Shown piece after piece: positions 41,295 through 51,100 of a stretch of DNA of 64,000 bases. The position numbers and the translations under genes were made by a program. A model generated the notes under the pieces. It was given only the letters and a program-made list of their open reading frames with translations, was not told the DNA's origin and ran no database searches. Source of the stretch: a virus; the IMG/VR virus record IMGVR_UViG_3300042301_002170. One strand, 5' to 3'. Each line of letters begins with the position of its first letter. The stretch's first letter is position 1.

Positions 41295-42226
41295 AATAAC
41301 TTATTTATATAGTAATCATATGTAATTTCCAATGCTTTTTCAAAACCAAGAACTGGAAGTAATCCTATTTGGGTTTGTTTAGTAATATCCATCTGTCTTC
41401 TTAAATCTCCATTTGGTTTACTACTATCCCAATTTATAGATATTGGTTTTTTACTTATTTTGATTAAAGTTTCAATCATTTGTTTTATGGTAATTTCTTC
41501 ACCTGCACCGAAGTTAATTGTAGTGTGAATTTTATCCGTATATAGTTTTAAAATAGCATCGGCAACATCACCTGCATAAACAAAATCTCTAATAGGAGAA
41601 CCATCACCCCATGCTTCAATTGAATGGGTTGCTTCATAAATCTTTTTTATAGTTGATGAAATAACCGTACCATTACCACTAAAATCATCGTATTCACCAA
41701 ATATATTAGCAGGTCTTATAATACTCCATTTATCATATCCATATTGAACTTTATATGATTCTAATAAAATTTCACCCATTCTTTTACTCCAAGATGGAAA
41801 CCAATCGGATTCACTTGGTAATGATTTCCAAACATCATCTTCTACAAATTTTTCTGATGGAGAATAAACACCAACTGAACTTACAAATATTAACCATATA
41901 TTATGTTTAGAACATTGGTTAATTATTTCAGTATTAATTTTAAATGATGGGTATAAAAAATCAACAGGTTTTTCTTTTGCTCTAATTGGAGAACCCTTTA
42001 TACCAAAGCAATTAAAAACAACATCAGGAGATTCATAAAAAAATAAATTCTTTATATTTTCTTCTATTGTTAAATCTAATTCGTAAAATGTAAATTTATC
42101 AGATATTGGTAAATTATTGGAATATTTAACATCAACTCCAATTACATCATAACCATCATTTAAACATTTTTTTACTAAATGGACACCAACTAAACCACTA
42201 CAACCTGTTATTAAAACTTTTTTCAT
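41291..42226 (-). CDS. Extended SDR, GDP-fucose synthase-like
   Basis: ITGCSGLVG, RPANIFG, WGDGSPIRDFVY; YxxxK appears as PSWSK. Confidence 0.85.
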   Translation of the reverse strand: MKKVLITGCSGLVGVHLVKKCLNDGYDVIGVDVKYSNNLPISDKFTFYELDLTIEENIKNLFFYESPDVVFNCFGIKGSPIRAKEKPVDFLYPSFKINTEIINQCSKHNIWLIFVSSVGVYSPSEKFVEDDVWKSLPSESDWFPSWSKRMGEILLESYKVQYGYDKWSIIRPANIFGEYDDFSGNGTVISSTIKKIYEATHSIEAWGDGSPIRDFVYAGDVADAILKLYTDKIHTTINFGAGEEITIKQMIETLIKISKKPISINWDSSKPNGDLRRQMDITKQTQIGLLPVLGFEKALEITYDYYINKLL

Positions 42227-42235
42227 ATTATATTT

Positions 42236-43423
42236 TTAAGGAATTATTTTTAAATCTCTAATTGTATCATTTACCAAATTATTTATATCATATGTAAAAA
42301 ATACTCTTTGATTTTCTTGTATTTTTTCTATATTATTTTTATACCATTCTTCTATATGTTCTTTACCCAAAGAATGTATTCGTTTTAATTCAATTAGTGT
42401 TTGATTTAATCTTTCTTCATTATTTGATATTTTATCAAATGAGTAATCTATTAAATCATTATACAATGTAAATCCATAATTTTTTAATTGAGTGTTTGTA
42501 AATACATCGCCTATTATTAAAAATGGGTGGCAATTTGCAAGTGGTTTAAAACTCTTTTCTGTTAAATTTAAACTTTCGGAATTGAAACCTGACTCTAATA
42601 TTATGCTAAAATTTGTTTTTGAATAAATTAATTTAGTAGATAGTGGTTGAACTTCAATGTTTGGATAATCCCAATCTATTATAGTATGTGGTAATTCATC
42701 AAATTTAGAATAGTATTTCCACAAATCTTTTAATTCTTCTTTTTTTGAAATTAATAAATTTAAATCAATATCATCATTTTTTATTAAACATGAAAATTTT
42801 GTGTCATTTATTAATCCTGTTTTTAACAACCACAACATAGCTTGAACTCTAAATGTTTTTGTAGAATTACGATTATATAATAAAAAAAATGAATCTTTTT
42901 CACCAGTAACATAATCATTTGGTCCACAAGTTATAGTTGTAATTTGCTCTGCTTCACTAAATACATTAGGTAATGTTAATTTCTTATAATGACTAGCCCA
43001 CCATCCTAACAAATATGGTTTTGCTATAACTAATATTTCATTTGTAAAATTTTTAAAATAATTATTAATTGTAATTAAAATAATTTGATTTGATTTTAAT
43101 TTGTAATTATTTTTTAATTGTATTAATTTTAAAACAAATTCTGTCATATTATTTCCCTCGTGAAAAGAAGAAAATACTAATTTTACGTTTGGTTTGTTTG
43201 ATACTAATTCAAATACATTTTTAAAATAATCAATATTTTCTTTCAATACTGTATATGTCATTTCTCTATTAAATGTAAAATTCCAAATTATGTGTTCGGT
43301 TTGATTTAATTCAAATGTATGAAATTTAAATCCATAATTTACATCTAAGTAATCAATTTTACAAGTACCATTACCATTTGGGACATTTTTAAAGTCAATA
43401 TTTTCATAATAAAACTTCATCAT
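42236..43423 (-). CDS. Putative GT-B glycosyltransferase, GT10-like TEK motif
   Basis: FLLYNR...R; FSIILES...LTEKSFKPLANCHPF. Confidence 0.5.
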   Translation of the reverse strand: MMKFYYENIDFKNVPNGNGTCKIDYLDVNYGFKFHTFELNQTEHIIWNFTFNREMTYTVLKENIDYFKNVFELVSNKPNVKLVFSSFHEGNNMTEFVLKLIQLKNNYKLKSNQIILITINNYFKNFTNEILVIAKPYLLGWWASHYKKLTLPNVFSEAEQITTITCGPNDYVTGEKDSFFLLYNRNSTKTFRVQAMLWLLKTGLINDTKFSCLIKNDDIDLNLLISKKEELKDLWKYYSKFDELPHTIIDWDYPNIEVQPLSTKLIYSKTNFSIILESGFNSESLNLTEKSFKPLANCHPFLIIGDVFTNTQLKNYGFTLYNDLIDYSFDKISNNEERLNQTLIELKRIHSLGKEHIEEWYKNNIEKIQENQRVFFTYDINNLVNDTIRDLKIIP

Positions 43424-44682
43424 ATTAAATTATAAAAATAGTTATCTTTTTCTTTTTTTAAATGATATGCACTAACGTATTCGTGGTTTTTAATAAATCT
43501 ATCTTTATTATTTACATAATAATTTTTTATTTCTTTTTTTAATTTTGATAATCTTACAATTTCATCCAAAACCATATGTAATCTTTTTTTAGCATCAATT
43601 TCTAAATCATAATCATGATTTATAATATCTTCAAATAAATCTAAATCAGGATGTTCTTTTTTTAATATTTCAACATGCCTATATGATGCTAAAAAAATTG
43701 GTAATTGATAAAAATAAAATGGTTTAAATGATTTTTCGGTCATATGAACATCTTTTATTTCATAGTGCGATTCAGTAACTATATTAATATAACTATTTTC
43801 GTATGATTTACATTCTATGTGTAAAAAATGTAAATAATTATCTGGGTTATCAAACCAATCTTTACCGGTTTCGTAAAAACTTAATTTTGGTTTAGAACAA
43901 ATTTCATAATAACTGTGTAGTAATTTTTTATCATTTGAACCGTCTATAAAAAATTGTTCTCCATATGTGGCTAATAGTGGATGATTCATTAATCCATATG
44001 TTAAAGACCAATCTATTAATCCAGAATCTAATAATTCATTATTTTTAAGTAATGTTAATATTGCAATTCTATGAGTCTTTGGTCTTCTATTTAAACATAG
44101 AAATAAAAACTCTTTATCTTCTACAAATGGAATTTTATATGGATTTTCAACTAATGAACTTGTACATAATTCTAATAAAAAATTTGATTTATATAAGTTA
44201 ATTGGTGTATTTTTTTTTATATCATTAGCTAATGAGTTATTATTTACAATATGAAATTGTTTTGGATTTAATTCTTTTTTATCAATTACTTTTGATAGAT
44301 TTTCTACATCAATACTAAGATTCATATAACTTTCGTGTTCACTTAAAAAAATTACTTTTAAATTTTTATTTCTAACACAATATTCAACTTCTTCCGATAG
44401 CTGCCATTCATTTTCATTGAACAAATTATTATATGAACAATAGTGTACAACGATATAATAATAATTTTCATTTGGGCTTATATCCGATAATTTACAATAA
44501 TTTTTTTCGTAATTATTATCCACCAAATCTTTACCTAAATTTGTAAAAAAATGCATAGGAGCTCCAACCTCAATATTGGGTATTGCTTCACAATTCAATT
44601 TTTCATTTAAAAAGATTAAATTAGGTATGGGTTTTCCATTATCATCCCACTTATCAAAAACTAAATTTAAAATACTACCCAT
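43420..44682 (-). CDS. Putative GT-B glycosyltransferase, GT10-like TEK motif
   Basis: FLCLNRRPKTHR; INIVTES...MTEKSFKPF; start likely the ATG at 44682 rather than 44706. Confidence 0.5.
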   Translation of the reverse strand: MGSILNLVFDKWDDNGKPIPNLIFLNEKLNCEAIPNIEVGAPMHFFTNLGKDLVDNNYEKNYCKLSDISPNENYYYIVVHYCSYNNLFNENEWQLSEEVEYCVRNKNLKVIFLSEHESYMNLSIDVENLSKVIDKKELNPKQFHIVNNNSLANDIKKNTPINLYKSNFLLELCTSSLVENPYKIPFVEDKEFLFLCLNRRPKTHRIAILTLLKNNELLDSGLIDWSLTYGLMNHPLLATYGEQFFIDGSNDKKLLHSYYEICSKPKLSFYETGKDWFDNPDNYLHFLHIECKSYENSYINIVTESHYEIKDVHMTEKSFKPFYFYQLPIFLASYRHVEILKKEHPDLDLFEDIINHDYDLEIDAKKRLHMVLDEIVRLSKLKKEIKNYYVNNKDRFIKNHEYVSAYHLKKEKDNYFYNLI

Positions 44683-45296
44683 TTTCCTGTTCCGTAATGT
44701 GGCCAAACTTTTTCATACTCATACCAAATAATATCATTTGGAATTTCACTTTTAACATTCCAAGTTTCAACCGTTGGTGTGTATGTTGAAACTCCATTAT
44801 CTTCTACAACAAATGTAATTGGTAAATCAAAGTTTTTTGCATATTTGTAATTTTCCATAAAAGCACCCGTCTCAAATGCCATATCTCCAACAAAACACCA
44901 TACTTTATCTTGAGAACCATTTCTTTTGTTTGCCATAGCAACTCCCATTGCAATTGAAATCGTTCCACCAACTATTGCTGAAGAATAAAATTTTTCATCT
45001 TTATTTACAATAGTGATACTTCTACCAGCGAGAATCTCATCTTCTAACCATTTTGAATCAACTCCTTTTACTAATGCGTGATAATGAGAACGCCAAGTAC
45101 TAAATACCCAATCGGTTGATTTAATTCTTTTTCCAATTTCAATTATTTGTTCTTCATTTCCACCACTTAAATGTATAGGACCTCGTATGTTACCACCCTC
45201 CCATGCATCTGCTATTCTTCTTTCAAAATCAATTAATCCTTCTTTATCCCATAACGATTCCTTAACGATTGGGAAATTTTCTATGTTTTTTATCAT
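44667..45296 (-). CDS. ThDP-dependent E1 alpha-like subunit
   Basis: GPIHLSGGNE, TWRSHYH, GDMAFETG...VEDN ThDP-binding motif; 209 aa. Confidence 0.9.
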   Translation of the reverse strand: MIKNIENFPIVKESLWDKEGLIDFERRIADAWEGGNIRGPIHLSGGNEEQIIEIGKRIKSTDWVFSTWRSHYHALVKGVDSKWLEDEILAGRSITIVNKDEKFYSSAIVGGTISIAMGVAMANKRNGSQDKVWCFVGDMAFETGAFMENYKYAKNFDLPITFVVEDNGVSTYTPTVETWNVKSEIPNDIIWYEYEKVWPHYGTGKWVVF

Positions 45297-45829
45297 CTGT
45301 CTCTTTTTTGTAAGATTGGGTTTTCAGTCGGCCATTCCATTTGAAACTCCGGGTCATTCCATTTAATTACACCTTGCTCATTTGCATCTACATATTGACC
45401 ATCATAAAATAAATTATAATGAAACATGCAATCAGTAAGTGCATAGTGGCCATTTGCAAACCCAGGAGGAACTAATACCTGTTGTCTGTTACGTTCAGAT
45501 ATGATGAATGATTCCCAATCCCCATAGGTAGGAGAATCTTCTCTTACATCCAAAACAATAAGGTATATATCACCAACCGCAGCCTGAACTAACTTCCAAG
45601 TTTTAGTATCATAGTGTAATCCTCTCAATACTCCTTTGTATGATTTTGAAAATCTACCATGTACCGAAACATATGGTGTAAGTTTTAACATTACAGGGTG
45701 TTCCTCTGAATGAAATGTTGTAAATATCTCACCTCTGTATTCTCTATAAATTGATGGTGTGTATATTTCTACTTCGTTTCCGAATTTGTTTGATGGCGTT
45801 ACATCAAACTGTTTCCAATTTGAACTCAT
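45293..45829 (-). CDS. rmlC: NDP-4-keto-6-deoxysugar 3,5-epimerase
   Basis: DYRG-like EYRGEIF, GVLRGLHY, DVREDSPTYG, PPGFANG, IKWNDP. Confidence 0.92.
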   Translation of the reverse strand: MSSNWKQFDVTPSNKFGNEVEIYTPSIYREYRGEIFTTFHSEEHPVMLKLTPYVSVHGRFSKSYKGVLRGLHYDTKTWKLVQAAVGDIYLIVLDVREDSPTYGDWESFIISERNRQQVLVPPGFANGHYALTDCMFHYNLFYDGQYVDANEQGVIKWNDPEFQMEWPTENPILQKRDR

Positions 45830-45879
45830 ATTAATTTTTTTACTTATTTTTTTATAAAAATTTAATTATTTCAAATACA

Positions 45880-46878
45880 TTATTTGGTTTGCCATGTATC
45901 CATAACACCACATATCTTATCATAATAACTTTTACTATTATGTCTATAATCATAGTATTTTGTAGTACCATTTGGTAGTTCTATACCATAAAAATCATCA
46001 TATTCTTCTAATAAAGTTTGACATTCTTCGTAGTTTGCAATTGGTATTCCACCAACATCGTTTATTTGTCCAATAGGACAATATCCAATTGCCAAATTTG
46101 GGTCATTCCAATCAAACCCCTTATCACTTATATATTTTTTAAATCCGTTATCCATATTAAATTCAAATTGTGGTCCAATATGAGCACTAAATTCTCCACT
46201 TATTAATCGGTGTTCGGATATTCCATCATCCGTTACATCTTCATCTTGGTCACAATATGCTTCATACCAAGTTTTACCTGTTTGTGCATAATGTAAATAA
46301 ATCATACCATTACCCACAGTTCTACTAAATTGTAATTTATCTTCCAAAGATATTTCTTGAAAACTCGGAGTTCCACAAATTGAATAATAAAAATAAAGAC
46401 TTTTACCAATACCTATATTAGTTCTTTTTATAGAATCATAATATGCTTCTAACGAATGGCAACTTAAATTTAATTTAGATATTGCAAATCTCTCCTCACC
46501 AGTTGCTCTTGCTAAAAAGCTAGATGGATTCCAAATTTGTCCTTGTAATGTTTCAAAATGTAAATGTAATTTATTTAATAACTCTCTATCAAATTCAGTT
46601 ACCAATGTTTCAAAAGGTTCATTTATTTTATCATAATCCGAATACCAATCGGCTGCTTTTAATAATCTAATACCCTCTACTAATTCTTCGCTAATCATTT
46701 GCGGAGTTCTATTTTTTGAAAACCCACCAACTAATGCAAAAGTTTTAACATATGCAATAAAATCGTTTTTTATAACATTTTCTAGCATTTTGTACCACTT
46801 TTCTTTAATCTTACTATCAAATAATGTAGTATTTACTTCTATAACATTATTATCAATATTTCTAAAATATAGTTTCAT
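45880..46878 (-). CDS. Hypothetical protein
   Basis: 332 aa; His motifs LNKLHLHFE and LNLSCHSLE, plus YAQTGKTW; no confident family. Confidence 0.6.
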   Translation of the reverse strand: MKLYFRNIDNNVIEVNTTLFDSKIKEKWYKMLENVIKNDFIAYVKTFALVGGFSKNRTPQMISEELVEGIRLLKAADWYSDYDKINEPFETLVTEFDRELLNKLHLHFETLQGQIWNPSSFLARATGEERFAISKLNLSCHSLEAYYDSIKRTNIGIGKSLYFYYSICGTPSFQEISLEDKLQFSRTVGNGMIYLHYAQTGKTWYEAYCDQDEDVTDDGISEHRLISGEFSAHIGPQFEFNMDNGFKKYISDKGFDWNDPNLAIGYCPIGQINDVGGIPIANYEECQTLLEEYDDFYGIELPNGTTKYYDYRHNSKSYYDKICGVMDTWQTK

Positions 46879-46911
46879 AATTAATTAATTTGTTTTTTTA
46901 TATTTTAATTA

Positions 46912-47883
46912 CTATGTATTATTTGCGTAACCTAATGGAAATCCGTTTCTAAATTCTGCTCCCATTCTTGGTACTATCATTTGATATGCTTCTATAAGTT
47001 GTTCAATACCCGCATCTAAACTCCAAGTTGGTTTCCAACCAGTTGCTTCGATTTTGGCATTAGAAACAATATAATCTCTTTTATCGGGGTCTTCGTAATA
47101 ATCATCATAAACTATTGCAAATTTTGGAACTTGTAATTTTATCTTTTCCAATAATTGTTGTTTATTTAAATTTGAATCACTTAAACCAACATTAAATACT
47201 TCACCTTTGTGTGTATCATAGTTGTGTAACATAAATACAAACGCATTAGCTACATCTTCTATATGAATAAAGTTTCTTTTAAAGTTTTTCTCAAATACTA
47301 CGATGTATTTATCAGTAATTGCTTTATAAGTAAAATCATTTACTAATAAATCTGTTCTCATTCTTGCAGATACTCCAAAGACGGTTGCTAATCTAAAAAT
47401 GATTGCATCTGTATGTTCTTTTAGAAGTCTTTCTGCTTCAACCTTAGTAGAACCATAAACCGATATTGGATTTAATGGAGATTCTTCAGTACATTCCGAT
47501 TGACCTTCCGCAATCCCATATCCACTATTTGTATTTGGATATAAAATCTTTTTACCTTTACCTTTTGTAAATTTTATTATGTTTTGAATTTGAATTAAAT
47601 TTAATTCTTTTGCCAATTGAGGTTCGGCATCGCAAGCAGGAAATCCTACAATGGCTGCTAATGGAATTATTACATCTGCCTGATTGCAAAGTTTTTCCAA
47701 TAGTTTTTCATTACGAACATCTCCGTATATAAACTTGAATTCAGAATGATGTGTGTATTGTAGTAAAGAAGTTTGATTGAATAGTAGTTTATCTAAAACT
47801 ATAACGGAATGCCCTTCTTGCAACATTCTACCAACTATAACAGAACCCAAATAACCGGCTCCACCTGTAATTAATATCTTCAT
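46912..47883 (-). CDS. NAD-dependent epimerase/dehydratase (extended SDR)
   Basis: ITGGAGYLGS, intact YGSTK, FRLATVFG. Confidence 0.9.
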   Translation of the reverse strand: MKILITGGAGYLGSVIVGRMLQEGHSVIVLDKLLFNQTSLLQYTHHSEFKFIYGDVRNEKLLEKLCNQADVIIPLAAIVGFPACDAEPQLAKELNLIQIQNIIKFTKGKGKKILYPNTNSGYGIAEGQSECTEESPLNPISVYGSTKVEAERLLKEHTDAIIFRLATVFGVSARMRTDLLVNDFTYKAITDKYIVVFEKNFKRNFIHIEDVANAFVFMLHNYDTHKGEVFNVGLSDSNLNKQQLLEKIKLQVPKFAIVYDDYYEDPDKRDYIVSNAKIEATGWKPTWSLDAGIEQLIEAYQMIVPRMGAEFRNGFPLGYANNT

Positions 47884-47948
47884 TTTTTATGTAACTTATA
47901 TAGTTATATATATCAAATATTTATATATTTATACACAAAAAGAAAAAT

Positions 47949-48074
47949 ATGAAGAATTTACCTATAATTTCATTTTTCGTAAAATTATACGAAGATTACC
48001 AAAGAAAGAAAAGATTTAAGAAAAAATTAGAAGAACTTAAAAAAAGAGACCCTTTTGTATATAAATCTTTCTAA
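47949..48074 (+). CDS. Small basic hypothetical protein (41 aa, absent from the ORF track)
   Basis: MKNLPIISFFVKLYEDYQRKKRFKKKLEELKKRDPFVYKSF*; preceded by two TATTTATA motifs. Confidence 0.65.
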   Translation: MKNLPIISFFVKLYEDYQRKKRFKKKLEELKKRDPFVYKSF

Positions 48075-48089
48075 TCTTAAATTTTGAGA

Positions 48090-48097
48090 TATTTATA
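48090..48097 (+). promoter_or_regulatory. Putative late promoter core TATTTATA
   Basis: 3 nt before the polyprotein ATG. Confidence 0.6.
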
Positions 48098-48100
48098 CAT

Positions 48101-51100
48101 ATGAAATTAGAAGTAGATAAGCCGGAAGTAACGGGTTTAGTTGTAGTATATTCAGGACGTTTCCAACCATTTCACGCTGGACACTATGTATCCTATTTAA
48201 AACTTTGCAAAAAGTTTGGTAAGGAGAATGTATATATTGCAACATCTAATAGTACATCTGGTCCAAAATCTCCATTTGATTTTAAAGAAAAGAAAGAAAT
48301 TGCAACAAAAATGTTCAATGTTCCTTCTGATAGATTTATACAAGTTTCAAATCCATACGCACCCAAAGAAGTACTACAAGGTTTTGATGGAAAAACTACT
48401 GCTTATATTGCAGCAGTTGGTGAAAAGGATGAAAGTAGATTAAGTGGTAAATACTTTAAACCATACAAAGGTAAAACCGGATATGGATATGATGAAATAG
48501 GATACACATACGCAGTTCCTGCCGAATCAAACCCAATTAGTGGAACAGATGTTCGTAATTGGTTAGGTAGTGGAGATGATGAATCTAAAAAGAAAGGATT
48601 CTTAAAAGCATATCCAAAGTTCAATGCAGATATTTTTAAAATGATAACAAACAAATTAAACGAAGATGGTTTTCCAGGAGGAATTGGAACAGGATTGAAT
48701 CTTCCAGGTGGATATATTAATGGAGCACCAACGGGTTCTGCAAATGAATCAAATAATACAGAACCATCTTCTGCATTAAGACCTGAACCAAAACCAACAA
48801 GACATCAAATAGAACACCCATCAGACGAACCAAATTGGCATAAAAATGAAAGTTTATATGACCCAATTGGGCATATAATTGATAGAGTTCTTGCAGAACA
48901 AATGTTTAATGAATTTGTAGATTCGTATTTTACAGAAGCACCAAATCCTATAATGGATAAGGAGTTTGATTATACTGCAGCAGATGGAAGTAAGAAGAAA
49001 ATTAAAGTTAAGAGTGCATTAAGATTAGCAAAAGACCATCCTGCACACGTTCAAGCTTCCAAAATGGTTGGTAGTGATAAACCCAATGCAATGGCAAAAG
49101 GACCAACAGATGCACCTGCAAACGAACCAAATAAATTACCTGAACCTGGTAAAGCTGCAACTCAATCGGCAAAACCTTCTCAACCTGGACAACCGGTTAA
49201 GAAAGGACAAACTCAACAAGGTAAAGCAGATAAAGAAAAAGGAGAAGCACCTGCACCACAAGGAGCACAAGCTCCACCACCGGAACAAAAATTAAGTGGT
49301 GGTGAATTAAAAACGGCAGCTGAAAAAACACCAGAAGAAAAATCAAAAGAGAAAAAAGCTGAAAAACAAAATGCATTTAAATCATTTTTTAATGATGCAA
49401 GTGATTCTATTAAAAAAGAAGCATCGGCACTTTGGAAAGATTTTAATACAGAAGAACACCACGATGCACATGAAATGGCAAATCCTGAATCTGAAACTAG
49501 AAAAGGATTTATAGACCGTGCTGCAGATTTTATGGCAGAGTTTCCAGATAATATGGTAAAAGGTGCATATAATGTTGTAAAACACAAATATCACCAATTT
49601 AAAAATACTGCAAAAGGTGTAAAATCATTAGCAACTTCTTTATCACATGGTAAAGGGATTCAATTTGGCTATGAAAAAGGTAAAGATGGAAAGTGGGGAG
49701 TTAATAAAGATGAAGCAGAAAAACAGAAAAAAGCAGCTAAAGCAACGGCAATTGATGCAGCTAAAATAGCAGCAGCAGTTGTTACCGGTGGTGCAGTAAG
49801 TGGTGTAATGGGTCATTTAGCAGGAGGAGGAGCATTTGGTGGTTTAGGACAAGCTGCACTTAGTGGTGCGGGAGAAACACTTTCTCATGGAGTTACTGGA
49901 TTTGTAAGCCATATGGGAGTAGATTTTGCAAAACATTGCGGATTTGAAGCATTGGGATTAGGTGTAGGATTTGAGTTTGAGCAAGCTGAAAAAATAGCAG
50001 CAAGAGCAGGTGTTGCAACCGTAGGAGTTGTTCCACATATAGGTAAATTATTCCACAATGCAATGAGTTATGTTATGTCCGAAAATGCTACACCAGAAGA
50101 TGAAGAAAAGCAAAACGCAGATTTACTTATGAATTTGGTGGCAACTGTTTTGGAAAAAATGAAAGATTTCAAACCAACATCACAACAAATGTTTGAAACA
50201 ATGAAATCCTATTCAGAAGCTAAAAAAGAAAAGGAAGAAAAACAAAAAGGACTTGAAACGGCAAAATTATTAAAACCAATACAAGAACAAATTTCTCCAT
50301 TAAAAAGAGAAAATGTAAGTAATTTTGTAGAATACGCAACTAAAAGATTAAAATTAAAAGAACAACCAAAAGTAACATTAGTAGAAGACCCTGAGTTTTC
50401 AAGACAAAACCATTCATTGGGTGGATACAATGTTGATTCTAAAGAAATATTTGTAGCAACTGAAGGTAGATTAACTGCTGATATTTTAAGAACTATTGCA
50501 CATGAAATGGTTCATAGAAAGCAAGATGAAATGGGATTGATTGGTGATTCAGTAAAAGATGGAGCAACTGGTTCAACTGTTGAAAACAAAGCAAATTCAA
50601 TAGCAGCAATATTACTAAGAGAATATGGTAAGTTAAATAAAACAATTTACAATGAAGACATCAATATAGATGTTGATAAGGGTGATACTGTTTTAATGGG
50701 TAAATTCAAAAACAAAAAAGTTGTAGCAAAAGATTTTGGTACTGATGACCACGGAATGCCAACAATCAACGGTAAAGTTGCAACCACATTTAGAATACCA
50801 AGAGGAGAAAAGGCAAAACCAAATCCACAATCTGTATTTGATGAAGTTGGTTCAAATGATTGGCACTTCAAAGCAATTATGAAATTGTGGGATAAAGCAA
50901 ATTCGTATGGTAAAAAGAAAATTGGAGTAGCAGTTTGTAATGACCCAAATGCAAGTAAAAGAGAAATCGAAGCCCAATTGAGAGATACTGATTACGAAGA
51001 GGTAACTGATATGACCGATAAATTGGGATTAAAAGAATATATCGAAAAAAAAAAGTTAAATAAAATTGGTGAATCGGTTAATACAAAAAATCACAAACCT

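Noticed and set aside
38995-45296. E1 alpha/beta as a pyruvate dehydrogenase AMG
   Set aside because: Subunits are truncated, no E2/E3 in the window, and they sit among NDP-sugar genes; kept only as an alternative
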